The notes under the pieces were generated by a model. The model did not search any database. It saw only the letters and a program-made list of their open reading frames with translations, and was not told the DNA's origin. This document shows, in pieces, positions 24,661 through 36,679 of a stretch of 64,000 nt of DNA. Positions within the stretch are counted from its first letter, which is position 1. Every line of letters begins with the position of its first letter. The translations under genes and the position numbers were made by a program. Origin of the DNA: Octopus sinensis (Eukaryota); NCBI RefSeq assembly GCF_006345805.1, contig NC_043003.1, positions 4,712,001 through 4,776,000 of the forward strand, in the 5' to 3' direction.

Positions 24661-25026
24661 GTGGAGGCGCTATAGCCCAGTGGTTAGGGTAGCGGACTCG
24701 CAGTCGGAGGATCGCGGTTTCGATTCCCAGACGTGTTTTTTGAGCGAAAACACCTAAAGCTGCACGAGGTTCTGGCAGGGTGTGGTGGCGATCCCTCTTG
24801 TACTCTTTCGCCCCAACTTTCTCTCACTCTTTCTTCCTGCTTCTTGTCCCCGACTTCCTACGCAACCGCTGAGCCTGGATGCGCATTTATCCATCCGTCG
24901 ATGCTCTCGGTGTCGGGGGTTGACCTGCTTTCTCTTCTTCTGCGGGTCTTACGAATAGCAAAGGACAACGTTTCGGACTTCTCCCACTACGGACGAAGAC
25001 AGCTTCGCTCAACAATCAAACAAACA
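24661..25026 (+). mobile_element. SINE family D (tail type 1), full length, with 13-bp TSD
   Basis: TSD AATATCAACCACA at 24648-24660 and 25027-25039. Head GTGGAGGCGCTATAGCCCAGTGGTTAGG...GGTTTCGATTCCC; (CAAA)n tail. Confidence 0.9.
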
Positions 25027-26162
25027 AATATCAACCACAATGAAATACAGAGCATCTGACCAACAATTACGATTCATACACAAACCAACCAGCCCTCCTC
25101 AAAGGGCTCCCACATTGGTTAAAAACAGTACCCAACTTTTAATGTTTCTTCTAAACATAGTGTACGTTAGACTACATTTTTCAATGTACCTTTCAATTTT
25201 TAATTGTCAAGTGTAATTAGAGGGGCATTTCACAGCTCTTTCTAGTAAGTTGTGTTACTATGTAGAGGCTTTCATGGTGGTTTGTTAGAACTTAGCTTAT
25301 TCTGTTCATCGTTGTTGTTGTTTAGCCCCAGGTAAGCTCCAATTGAGCAGATTTATGACAAAAATCAATCCAGTCATGACTACCCCATCCTTTTGGGGAT
25401 ATATATGACTAAATTTTCAAATGTGCCGTTTCTACAATTAAGACGGTTGTGAGAGATTTCATTGCTATTTCTAGCATGTCAAGCGTTCGTATTGGGGCTT
25501 TTTCTATCACTGAGTCGTTCCGTCAATGTAATTTTCTGAGGATTACCGACAATTCAGCGAATGTAATATATGTAATTTATTTATTATTTTATATTGGTGT
25601 TGGTTATATATCTAAAATGCATACACATCCAAACTATAAACACAGCAGTCATAGAATAGATTAATTAGACACAAACAAAGAGCATAAAACAAACACCAGC
25701 CAATAAACATATATACATATGAAACGATAACTACACTTTTTGAATCTCCTATGAACATTTTAACTATTTAACTACTGGTTCAAAGTAGCTTAGCATTTAT
25801 TGCTTTTTAAACATTTTGGTTCAATAGAGACTAACGGTGGATCAGTAGAATTGATCCAGCGTTTAGTATATTTCTTTTTCATCTCTCAAATAACCTTTAC
25901 ATAAGTTCAATAAGATGTCCTATGCGGAATTGTCACGGTTTCCTTGGTACCAAATGCTTTGAAGGATATACACACTTGGTCACTCAACCTGCTAGAAATA
26001 GCAACAAAATGTCTTTCAAATCCCACGCATATGTATTTAGGATAATGTAACCCAAGGTACACTTAGACGGGTGACTTTTGATCGTGTCTGTTTAATCAGA
26101 GTTGATATAGGTCAAACAAACAACAAAAGCAAAAAAAAAAGTAGATACATACGTATGTATAT

Positions 26163-26193
<31 letters not shown>

Positions 26194-26194
26194 C

Positions 26195-26579
26195 TACGGC
26201 ACTCCGTCGGTTACGACGATGAGGGTTCCAGTTGATCCAATCAACGGAACACCCTGCTCCTAAAATTAACGTTCAAGTGGCTGAGCACTCCACAGACACG
26301 TGTACCGTTAACGTAGTTCTTGGGGAGATTCAGCGGGACACAGAGTGTGACAAGATTGGTCCTTTTGAAATGCAGGTACAACAGAAACAAGAAGAAAGAG
26401 TAAGAGAAAGTTGTGGTGAAAGAGTACAGCAGGGATCACCACCATCCCCTGCCGGAGCCTCGTGGAGCTTTTAGGTGTTTTCGCTCAATAAACACTCACA
26501 ACACCCAGTCTGGGAATCGAAATCGTGATCTTATGACCGCGTGTCCGCTGCCCTAACCACTGGGCTATTGGGCCTCCAC
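26195..26579 (-). mobile_element. SINE family D (tail type 2)
   Basis: Shares about the first 185 nt with 24661-25026 but has an unrelated 3' half ending ATCAACTGGAACCCTCATCGTCGTAACCGACGGAGTGCC. A deleted relative lies at about 60400-60520. Confidence 0.8.
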
Positions 26580-26612
26580 ACACACACACATGTATAAGAC
26601 GAACTGTGAACA

Positions 26613-26926
26613 ATCTCTCTGTCTCTCTTTCTCCCTCTCTATCTCTCTTTCTCCCTTTCTATCTCTCTTTCTCCCTCTCTTTCTCTCTCTCTATCTCTCT
26701 TTCTCCCTCTCTGTCTCTCTTTCTCCCTCTCTATCTCTCTTTCTCCCTCTCTATCTCTCTTTCTCCCTCTCTATCTCTCTTACTCCCTATATATCTCCCT
26801 TTCTCCCTATCTATCTCTCTTTCTCCCTCTCTATCTCTCTTACTCCCTATATATCTCTCTTTCTCCCTATCTATCTCTCTTTCTCCCTCTCTATCTCTCT
26901 TTCCCTCTCTCTATTTCTCTCTGTCT
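26613..26926. repeat. 20-bp pyrimidine minisatellite CTATCTCTCTTTCTCCCTCT, about 15 units
   Basis: Directly visible. Variant units form a 60-bp higher-order repeat twice. Confidence 0.9.
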
Positions 26927-27461
26927 CTTTATGTAGCATATATAGCTTAATGTGTGACGTTAAAGCTGTGTCAATCTACATTAGTCCTGTCACACTGAAA
27001 TATTACAAAATTGTCAGGAAAATATATTGGTTTGTCGAGTTAGGAGTGTCTGAGATACGAGCAGGTTGTAGTTGTCTGATCATGCAAACAACATTTGCCA
27101 GAAATCAAACACAATCATCTATCGATCTTTAAACGACTTTAAATTTAGAACGCCAATCAAAATATTTAAAATACATTTTCCCGGAATGTGTTTAGAATAT
27201 AATCAGGTAATTCTGTGGCTCGTATCATTTATAGAATTTAGATTTCTATAATTTCTGCTTCATAGAACTTTCATTCTAGTAAATGTAACTTATCTAATTG
27301 ACATATCAACTTTATTTAGAAACTACCAAATTAAATTTAATTAATACATCAACTAGGGTATTCAGCATAAATTCCAGGAATGGTTCTGATTGAAATAATG
27401 GAAGTTTTTACGCCAGGGATTACATTCCATATTAGATTTTGATGATGAGATCAGAAATACA

Positions 27462-28020
27462 AAGATAGTCGGAGAAATTGCATTTAAAGAATTGGTTATT
27501 TAGCGTGGGTGGGAGTGGGAGGTGTCGTTAATATTTATCTCATTAGATATATTAAATATTGGCCGAGGCAAGAAAATTCCAACACGTCGACCAACCAATC
27601 GTTGTTGGGTCTTCAACTAGGCTCGGCATTTGTCTATTATCCATGGTAAAAGAGATTAAGAATAGCATTCGCTGCAAAGGAGTCTTTCATATTTGTGGTA
27701 TTATAAACAGTTACTACCATGGCTGTCTTTGAGAGTCAATGAATACGAAGATAGAGGGAGAAATTGCATTTAAAGAATTACTTAGCGTTGGAAAAGGCGG
27801 GAGGTGTCATTAATGTCCATTCCATTCGATATATTAAGTATTGGCCGAGTCAAAGATATTCCAAGTTATCGACCAACCAATCGTCGTTGAGTCTTCAACT
27901 AGGCTCGGATTTCCTCTCTTCCTTAGCGTAAAAGAGAAGGACAGCATTCGCTGTGAAGGATTTCTCTGTATATGTGGTCCTATAAACAATTCCTACCGAG
28001 GCTGTCTTTCAAAGTCTACG
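27462..28020. repeat. Diverged tandem duplication, period 286 bp
   Basis: GGAGAAATTGCATTTAAAGAATT at 27471 and 27757. Shared blocks are TATTGGCCGAG, TCGACCAACCAATCGT, TCTTCAACTAGGCTCGG, AGCATTCGCTG and GGCTGTCTTT. Confidence 0.85.
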
Positions 28021-28184
28021 ATTACAGCATGCAGCGTGACTGTAGGCCAATCTCTTTCTACACAATAATCATTTCTAGATTTGGGTTTCCCGTATTGAAT
28101 GCTTTGTTAACTTTCCTTCGCTCCTTCGAAATCTGCAATGGTATAACAGACTGCAACATCTGAGTTAAAAAAACACCTGAGTAT

Positions 28185-28390
28185 AATCAATAACTCACCT
28201 GACTTTAATCAATATTTGACTTTAATCAATATATAACTTTAGTCAAGAAATGAATTGAATCAATATGTGACCTTAATCAATACCTGATTCGAAACAATAT
28301 TTGACATTAACCAATAAATAATCTTAATCAATAAGTTATTTTAATCAATACTCGATAATAAATAATCAATAAATGACCTTAATCAATAGT
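28185..28390. repeat. 17-bp degenerate tandem array with conserved AATCAATA core
   Basis: Core or variant at 28207, 28224, 28241, 28258, 28275, 28292, 28309, 28326 and 28343 (exact 17-bp steps), and also at 28185, 28364 and 28381. Confidence 0.9.
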
Positions 28391-28657
28391 TGGTATTAAA
28401 CTCAAACTACAAAGGGTCATAATTAAATACCACCGGCATTTTGACAATTCCATTCACCCACTGACCTCATACGTTGGCCAGATTCAATGATACGTGTTTG
28501 CTACAACATTTTTATGGCTTTCTCAGACTACAAGGGTCAGTGGAAGACATATTTGTTTCCTGGTCGGGGATGAACCAGGGAAATCCACAACCCATAGGAT
28601 GATGCAATAGGAGGCAGTGGATTCAGAGCTTAAGGTGTCTTCTGATCAGAATGTAAT

Positions 28658-28817
28658 AGCGTAGGAGTGGTTGTGTGGTAAGTAGCTTGCTTAACAACCA
28701 CATGGTTCCGGGTTCAGTCTCACTGCGTGGCACCTTGGACAAGTGTTTTCTACTATAGCCTCGGGCCGACCAAAGCCTTGTGAGTGGATTTAGTAGACGG
28801 AAACTGAAAGAAGCCCG

Positions 28818-28881
<64 letters not shown>

Positions 28882-29085
28882 GTGTATATGTTTGTGTGTC
28901 TGTGTTTGTCCCCCAACATTGCTTGACAACCGATTCTGGTGTGTTTACGCCCCCGTAAACTAGCGGTTCGGCAAAAGAGACCGATAGAATAAGTACTAGG
29001 CTTACAAAGAATAAGTCGATTAGCTCGATTAAAGGCGGTGCTCCAGTATGGTCACAGTCAAATGACTGAAGCAAGTAAAATAGGA
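28658..29085 (+). mobile_element. SINE family A, full length
   Basis: Complete head, CORE-like domain, internal (TA)n(TG)n tract and tail with hairpin CAGTC-AAAT-GACTG at 29055-29068. Confidence 0.9.
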
Positions 29086-29899
29086 TGATAAATACTATTG
29101 AAAATTAAGTAATCAGCTTGTTATCGATTCAAGTTGTTTCACGTTGCTAAACCATCATCTCTGTGCAATCCAGAATTATAAAAAGCGGTGCATTTCCTAA
29201 CGAGGAGAAGAATGAACACTAGCGTAGTTCGATTATAATTCCTCATAGAATCATCGAAAGAAAGATCAACACATTTTGTCTTAATTAGAACCGTTATGGC
29301 ATAAAATTGATCTCTTATCGATCATTATTTACGTGGAGCCTTGAAGGCTAATTGTGGCATATTCTTTCCTGAACTCCAGGGTTAACATACGATGAAATTT
29401 AGAGAGAGAGACTGATAAATGTCCGCTATACTGATTCCTTCTAATCAGCAGGTAGATCCGTTTTCGATAATGTGAAGACTCTTAATGACGGAAATATTGC
29501 GGTTCCATTTTGCTAATCTCGTAGAATTCCTGATTTTCCTGATAATTTTCTATGAGAAATGCGACTGCAAACAATGCCTGTTTTAATTTTCAAGAGGTTG
29601 ATTAACCTACATTAATTACGGAGGTCACATAACTTTGTGAATCGTGGAATTAAAAAAAAAACATTTGCACTCGATGATGTTTATTTGGGAAGCTAAATTA
29701 CTGGAGAGCTAATCGTTATTTTGAGTTTCACATACATTTGATTTACATCCGTTTGTTCAGGAAGTAATTGCTGAATGACTAAAGCCGGATACTGGCAACT
29801 CCAAAGGTATGTCGATCCTGATTGGTCAAAATAGGTTATACGACCAAATATGTGTCCGAACAGAAATATTGATCTTGAATTTTGCCGCAAGGCAAGCAC

Positions 29900-30081
29900 G
29901 TTCGGAGAAATGGGTGAGTCGATTACATAGACCCCTGTGTTCAGCTGATACTTATTTCATCGACTCCAATACGACGAAAGGCTAAGTCGGCCTCTGTGGG
30001 ATTTGAACTCAGAACGTAAGGACAGATGAAATGCCATTAAGCATTTTGCCCGCGTTGTTAGCGATTCTGCTAACCCACCGA
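29900..30081 (-). mobile_element. SINE family B, diverged
   Basis: Degenerate match to the family B head and body. Confidence 0.65.
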
Positions 30082-30574
30082 CTTCGTCTGAGCAGAAATA
30101 TTATCGTTGCGTACGAGACTACTCTGCTGGAAGGGAAACATTAGCTCTTAAATTGTAAATGTTATGTAGCAGCTCTACCGAAATACATATAAAGTAGGTT
30201 GGATATGTCTTTGAATCGATAGGCTGTGGATGATCGGGAGTTTGGAGACTATTGAAGGGGAATTTTCGTTGATTACAGCTTTGAAATATCTTGGATTTCT
30301 CGATAAAATAATATCACTGGCTGTTTCACTATTTGGAAATTATTGTAAGCTCTTCAAATCTGGAATTCCTTGAGGCATAGCCTACGATATGTTGATTCTT
30401 GGTAACATAAAGAAGCTGTGACGACGATACTCCATGTTACTGGAATATCGTTCTGACTGGCTTTTTCCGAGGACCAGACAAATTAGGACAAAGAAGAGGA
30501 ATATTCTTCATCACTTCTGCCGTATTTATGGTTTCAGAAGGAGCATTCTCCCATACTCATTTTTTAAATATTTT

Positions 30575-30862
30575 ATCCTTTGCTTGCTTCAGTCATTAAA
30601 ATGCGACCAGGCTACGGCACCGCCGTAAAAAAATTTAGTCGAACGAATGAACCCAAGTGCTGATTTTATTTTTGCCTAGTACTTATTCTATCAGCCTCTT
30701 TTGCCGAACCAAATTACGGAGACGTAAACACACCACCATCGGTTATCAACCAGTAGTTGAGGGAAAAAAGACGCGCATTCACGCCCCCCCCCCACAAACA
30801 AACAAACAAATACATGACAGACTTCTTTCAGTTTCCGTCGACCAAATCCACATACAAGCTTT
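30575..30862 (-). mobile_element. SINE family A, partial
   Basis: Matches the body and tail of family A. Confidence 0.75.
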
Positions 30863-31064
30863 TAGTCGACGTTTTGATTACTTTGTTTAAGTTCTGAACG
30901 TTTATTATGTGTTTGGAATGCGGTAATGTGTTTCGTTCAATTTGTGTCATTTATCTCGTCTTATGGAGGTATTGTGTAATCACTAGCAGGCTTCATGTAC
31001 TACATCTTCTTGTGTACTATATCTTCTTGTGTACTCTTGGGTCATAGTGCTAGTGCATGCATAT

Positions 31065-31392
31065 ACAGCTGCCTGCGTGCGCACATACACGCGAGTACTG
31101 TCCAAATCTCCGACCAATCATATACAGCTAGCTGGCTTTCAATTGGCGTATCAAGTTTCGGGCATTTTGATTGAGTTTTGGATAGAAAATTCATAAAAAA
31201 GTCACTTCTATTGATTTTTAATGGCTTTGTGGGGTGACTGGGGAAATGTAAAGATGTGCACAACCACCCTTGGACGGTTTTGAATGACCATAGAAAGTGC
31301 GAGTACTCTAACTGAAAAATTGTGGATTTGCATAAAGGACACATATGCACACACACACACACACAGACATTTTGCCGTTTATATATATAGAT
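31065..31392. mobile_element. Interspersed non-autonomous element fragment, possibly Helentron/DINE-1-like
   Basis: Complex sequence ending in an internal (CA)n then CAGACATTTTGCCGTTTATATATATAGAT, an architecture seen in DINE-1/HINE-type elements. The classification is from recall only. Confidence 0.3.
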
Positions 31393-32101
31393 ATTTAGGA
31401 GTGGGAGATATTCACGAGTGCCATTTGCACGCGAATAAATACGGTAACTACACAAAGTCTTAAGGGAGGATTTAGCTGTTGTTTCTAAGTCTAAGTTTAT
31501 TATTAGGCTGATAATGTCAGTTACGAGATTTCAAGGCCCTTAAAGCGGAGGTGGGGGGGCGGTTGGAATATTTCCGTATCAACTTAGTACTTTACTGTTA
31601 GTGCTGTGGCGAAATATGGTTTAGGATTGATCCCGTTTGAAAATTATATATATTAAGGCAAACGTGGAATACTCTCCTAGCGAGCATATTTGATTTAATG
31701 ATCGAATAATTAAATGCTCATCGTGGTAAAACGACGAAGGATCCATCCGAAATATAACCTGTGTATCACTGTCTGAATGTAAGAGTGAATGCTGAGAGAG
31801 AATTGGATGGTAAAGACATCAGCGAGGCAAATGAAAGAAAATCCTGATCACCAAAACAACAACAACAAAAACCAGCGACAACAGCAACAACAACAACAAC
31901 AATAAATTTCTATATTGAATGTTTCGTTATCACATTAATCTATTAGTCTTTTCTTGCTTTCAAGTTACATCTACAGATATAAGACCGGGGTGGATGGGGG
32001 TCGGGTGGGGTGGGGTGCGCGCGCGTGTGTGTGTGTGCATGGAAAGACTTATGCGATGTCGATATCACTATCAATAGATATACATGCATTTGTGTATGTA
32101 C

Positions 32102-32146
<45 letters not shown>

Positions 32147-32233
32147 TTCACATACACACAAACACAAGACACACGCGCACACTCACACACAAACACACAC
32201 GTATATGTATATATAGATATATATGCAGATATC

Positions 32234-32278
<45 letters not shown>

Positions 32279-32447
32279 CTTGGATATAATATGCTAGTAA
32301 AGTCACATGAATGTAGACATATATCATGCAAACAAAAATTTAGTGAATGTCTACTAAAATTATCTTATACGCACAGATACGCAGGTAAGTATATGTATAT
32401 ACATGCATACATACATACATACATACATACATACATACATACATACA

Positions 32448-32483
<36 letters not shown>

Positions 32484-32584
32484 TATATATATGTTTGTGT
32501 GTGTGTGTACGTTTCTGTGTGTGTGTATGTGGGAACATGTATGTATGTATATATCTATAAATATCTATATATATGTATATATGC

Positions 32585-32629
<45 letters not shown>

Positions 32630-32905
32630 TGTATACATATATATGTGCATATGTACCCGTATACATGCACAATCAGGCGTATATGTATATATGCATATAT
32701 ATAATTTTGTAGTCATATATATATACTCAAGTTTGTGGAATTCAAATTGTTACAACTGTACTTTAAATGTATGTGCAAGTACATTTCTACACAACATCAT
32801 GCGATTTTATAAAGACGCATACAGATACATATTCATACACGCACACACGCACATGCACACATACATTCATACAAATATATATATATATATATGTGTGTGT
32901 TGTGT

Positions 32906-32944
<39 letters not shown>

Positions 32945-33104
32945 TAGGAAAAAGGGAGACGGGGAGAGATAAAGAAATACAATGAGAGAAACAAAGTGCG
33001 CTAGCGATGAGGAAAGTAAACATTTAGAGACGTATAGCGAAATAGATTGTTAGATGCGTGGATTGTTAGTTGGCTAATATGTGTGTGTGAGTATGTGTGT
33101 GTGT

Positions 33105-33139
<35 letters not shown>

Positions 33140-33145
<6 letters not shown>

Positions 33146-33222
33146 GATGGATAGATGAATAGATAGACAGATAGGCAGATAGATAAGTAGGTAGATAGAT
33201 AGAAAGACATAGATAGATAGAT

Positions 33223-33273
<51 letters not shown>

Positions 33274-33480
33274 GGATGGATGGATGGATAGATAGATAAG
33301 TAGACAAAGAAAGAGACATAGATAGACAGATAGATAGAGAGAAAGAAAGAAAGATGTATATAGATAGATAGATGGATAGACAGACAGATAGATAGATAGA
33401 TAGAGGGATGCATAGATAAATCGATAGACAGATAGATCGATAGATAGATCGATAGATAGATCGATTGATAGATAGATAGT
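33140..33480. repeat. (ATAG)n/(ACAG)n compound tetranucleotide array
   Basis: Directly visible. Similar arrays occur at 36215-36372, 44645-44715, 51590-51695 and 58250-58525. Confidence 0.95.
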
Positions 33481-33979
33481 TAGAGAGAGAGAGAAAGAAA
33501 TATATATAGATAGGTAGATAGATTACTATTAATGTGTCCACATGCATTTTTATTATGTACACATATGCACACACACACATATATATATTAGAAAATCCAT
33601 ACTAACACATTATGTAGTCATACACTGACACACACATAAACCTATCTACACATGTACATACGTATATATACACCTGTGCATATATATATACATAAATATA
33701 TATGCGTATATATATATGTATATATATATGCGTATATATATATATGTGTGTATATATATGCATATGCGTATATATATATATATATATATATATACTTATG
33801 TATGTATGTACGTGTGTATATATGCATGTATGCACACATACAAACTTTCATTCTGTCACCGTTAAGATTTGCATCTTTCACCTCAGTCATATTTTTCAAG
33901 TATATCTTTACTTTAAACTTAATTGCTTTCGGCTGAAGGTTTTTTTCTTTGAAGATTACTCCAGTATATGAGTAATAAC

Positions 33980-34073
33980 TCACTTTCTTCTGATCGTCTC
34001 TTGCAAAATGGCGGAAGAAGACGAACAAAAACGACAAATAAACACGAAAAAGAACAAATTGAAGAGAAAATTT

Positions 34074-34075
<2 letters not shown>
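33980..34075 (+). promoter_or_regulatory. Candidate core promoter or first exon (Inr-like TCACTTT followed by the YY1/Kozak-like CAAAATGGCGG)
   Basis: TCACTTT at 33980-33986 and ATG at 34008, giving [21 protein letters not shown]. No convincing splice donor was found before the TA tract. Confidence 0.2.
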
Positions 34076-34104
<29 letters not shown>

Positions 34105-34199
34105 ATATATGTATATATATATATATATATATATTAAAAAAAACATATTAAAATGAAATGAACATATACAAAAACAAAAAAATATCCTTCCAAACTGAC

Positions 34200-35330
34200 A
34201 AACATAGAGGAAAATATAGAGAAGAAGAAGAAGAAAAAGAAGAAGAAGAAGAAAAATAAAGAAGAAGAAGAGGAAGAAACGACGAAGACAAACAGCGTAT
34301 ATGTGAAGAAATTGAAACAAAAATGAAATATAGTAAAAAATAATAATAATAATAACAATAATAATAGTAATTGTATATGCATATTAAAAGTTATGGTAGT
34401 AGGAGAGATATTGGACAGGTTTTAATGTGTGTGTGTGCGTGTATATGTATACATATATACATATTTGTGTATGAGTGTATGTATGGAGAGAGAAGGGGGC
34501 GTACGATGATGGAGGAATAAGTAGAGATAAAGAGTTAAGTGTAGAACGGCTATGGAGAAGAAGAAGAAGATGGAGAAGAAGAAGGGGGAGAAGGAGGAGA
34601 AAAAAGAGGAGGAAGCGGAGGTGAAGAAAACGAAGAAAGAGAAGAAGGAGGAGGAGAAGAAGAAAAAAGGAGGAGGAAGTGGAGCAGAAGTAGAAGAGGA
34701 GGAGGAGGAGAAGAAGAAGAAGATGAAGGGAAGAAGGAGGAGGAGAAGAAGAAAAAAGGAGGAGAAGTGGAGCAGAAGTAGAAGAGGAGGAGGAAGGAGA
34801 AGAAGAAGATGAAGGAGAAGAAGGAGGAGGAGAAGAAGAAAAAAGGAGGAAGATGAGCAGAAGTAGAAGAAGAGGAGGAAGGAGAAGAAGAAGATGAAGA
34901 GGAGGAGGAAGAAAAGGAAGATGAGGGGGTGAGGAAGAAGAAGAATATGAAGGGGAGGAGGGAAGAAGAAGAAGAAGAGGAGAGTAAATGGAGGTGGGGG
35001 AGGAGAAATTGGGAAACCGATGTGTATAGGATAGAATAATGGATGGATTGGTGGCAGGCTTGGTGTTAAAGGATTCGGCGGGGGTGGGGACTGAGAGGAG
35101 AGTGTGAGGAGAGAGAAAGAGAGAGACACAAGAGTGTGTGTGGGAGAGAGAGAGATGTGTAGAGAGAAAGATAGATTGATCGAGATATAGGGACAGAGAC
35201 AGAGAGAGAAAGAGAGAGATATATATAAATATAGAGTGAGAGAGAGAAAGAAAGATATAAATAGAGAGAGAGAGGGAGAGAGAGAGAGAGAGTGTGTGTG
35301 TCGTTCTCTGAGAAGATTGTGAATACTAGC
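34200..35330. repeat. Polypurine (GAA/GGA/GA) low-complexity tract containing about 3 copies of an ~85-bp unit
   Basis: GAAGAAGAAAAAAGGAGGAG...GAGCAGAAGTAGAAG...GAAGAAGATGAAG recurs three times within 34640-34910. A similar tract lies at 52610-53290. Confidence 0.9.
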
Positions 35331-35479
35331 ATGATGTGTGTAAGTGTGTATGTGTGTGTATTTGCGTAAGTGTGTATCTGTGTGTTCCTGTACGTGTATG
35401 TATGTGTGTGTTCGTGTATGCGTACCTGTTGGTGAGGTTTTGTGTGTTTGTGTGTATCTGTATGAAAATGTGTAGGTGT

Positions 35480-35512
<33 letters not shown>

Positions 35513-35922
35513 ACCGCATGTTGAAAGACAGTAACTGCGATTGTGTGTGTGTATGAAAGAGAGAGAGAGAAAGAGAGTAAGAGGAAGAGAGTAGAGGAAG
35601 AGACAGAGGAAGAGAGACCACAAAGAAGATACATTTGTGTGTGTGTGTGTGTGTGTGTGTTTGAAGCGTAGAAATAAAGAATGAAAGGTGGAAGAAAGAG
35701 AGAATGAAAGGTGGAAGAAAGAGAGAAAGAGAGAGAGAAACTCGGAAAAACGTAGACGCAAAATGTGTGTCTGTAGGTATGTGTGAGAGAGAGGAAGAGA
35801 GAGAGAGAGAGCACGAGAAAGTGAGAGAGAGGAAGAGAGAACAGGAGAGAGAGAGAGAGGTAACCAGTGTTTGTGTGCGACATATTGAAACAAATGAAGC
35901 GAGGGAAAGACTCAGACACTAA

Positions 35923-35974
<52 letters not shown>

Positions 35975-36252
35975 AGACAGAGAGGGAGAAAACGAAGAGA
36001 CAAATAACCAGTGGGTGTGTGCGTGCGTGCGTGTGCAGATGTTAACGGTTTAGAGAGAGAATGATGGACTTATATAATGTAGCAGAAAGATAAAACCAGA
36101 ATGAAGGGATGTAAGAATGTGGATTGTAACGGAATGAGAGAATGAAGAGAACGAAACAGACGACACGGATGGTATCTCTCTACTACTTACTGGTCCATCC
36201 AACTATCTCCCTTGCTCTGTCTATCTATCTATCTATCTATCTACCTATCTTA

Positions 36253-36315
<63 letters not shown>

Positions 36316-36324
36316 CCTATCTTA

Positions 36325-36376
<52 letters not shown>

Positions 36377-36628
36377 TTCTGAGTGTGTGTGTGGGGCGGG
36401 GGCGGGGGGGGGGGGCTGTCTCTCTCTCTCTCTGGCTGGCTGACTTTCTTTCCTCCTTTCCTCCCTTAGGATCTGTCTCCGTAGGTGTCCGTGTGCCAGC
36501 GTGCGTGTCTTTCCAAGTGTATATCTTTCCCTCTGTCCGTTTACCTTTGTGTTGATACGTATTTCCCATGACACACACACACACACACACACACATATGT
36601 ATGTGTGTGTATGAAGAAGAAGAAGACG

Positions 36629-36679
<51 letters not shown>

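Noticed and set aside
24661-24735. tRNA genes at SINE heads (also about 480-548, 23480-23563, 26510-26579 and 50715-50774)
   Set aside because: A and B boxes are present, but there is no complete cloverleaf or acceptor stem, and each continues into a SINE body.
28185-28390. CRISPR-like array
   Set aside because: The context is eukaryotic, the period is only 17 bp, the intervening bases are related rather than unique spacers, and there are no cas genes.
34422-36003. Long ORFs of 399, 275 and 225 aa and the Lys/Glu-rich ORF at 34552-34812
   Set aside because: They lie wholly within polypurine and dinucleotide tracts, and the apparent TM or charged character is compositional.
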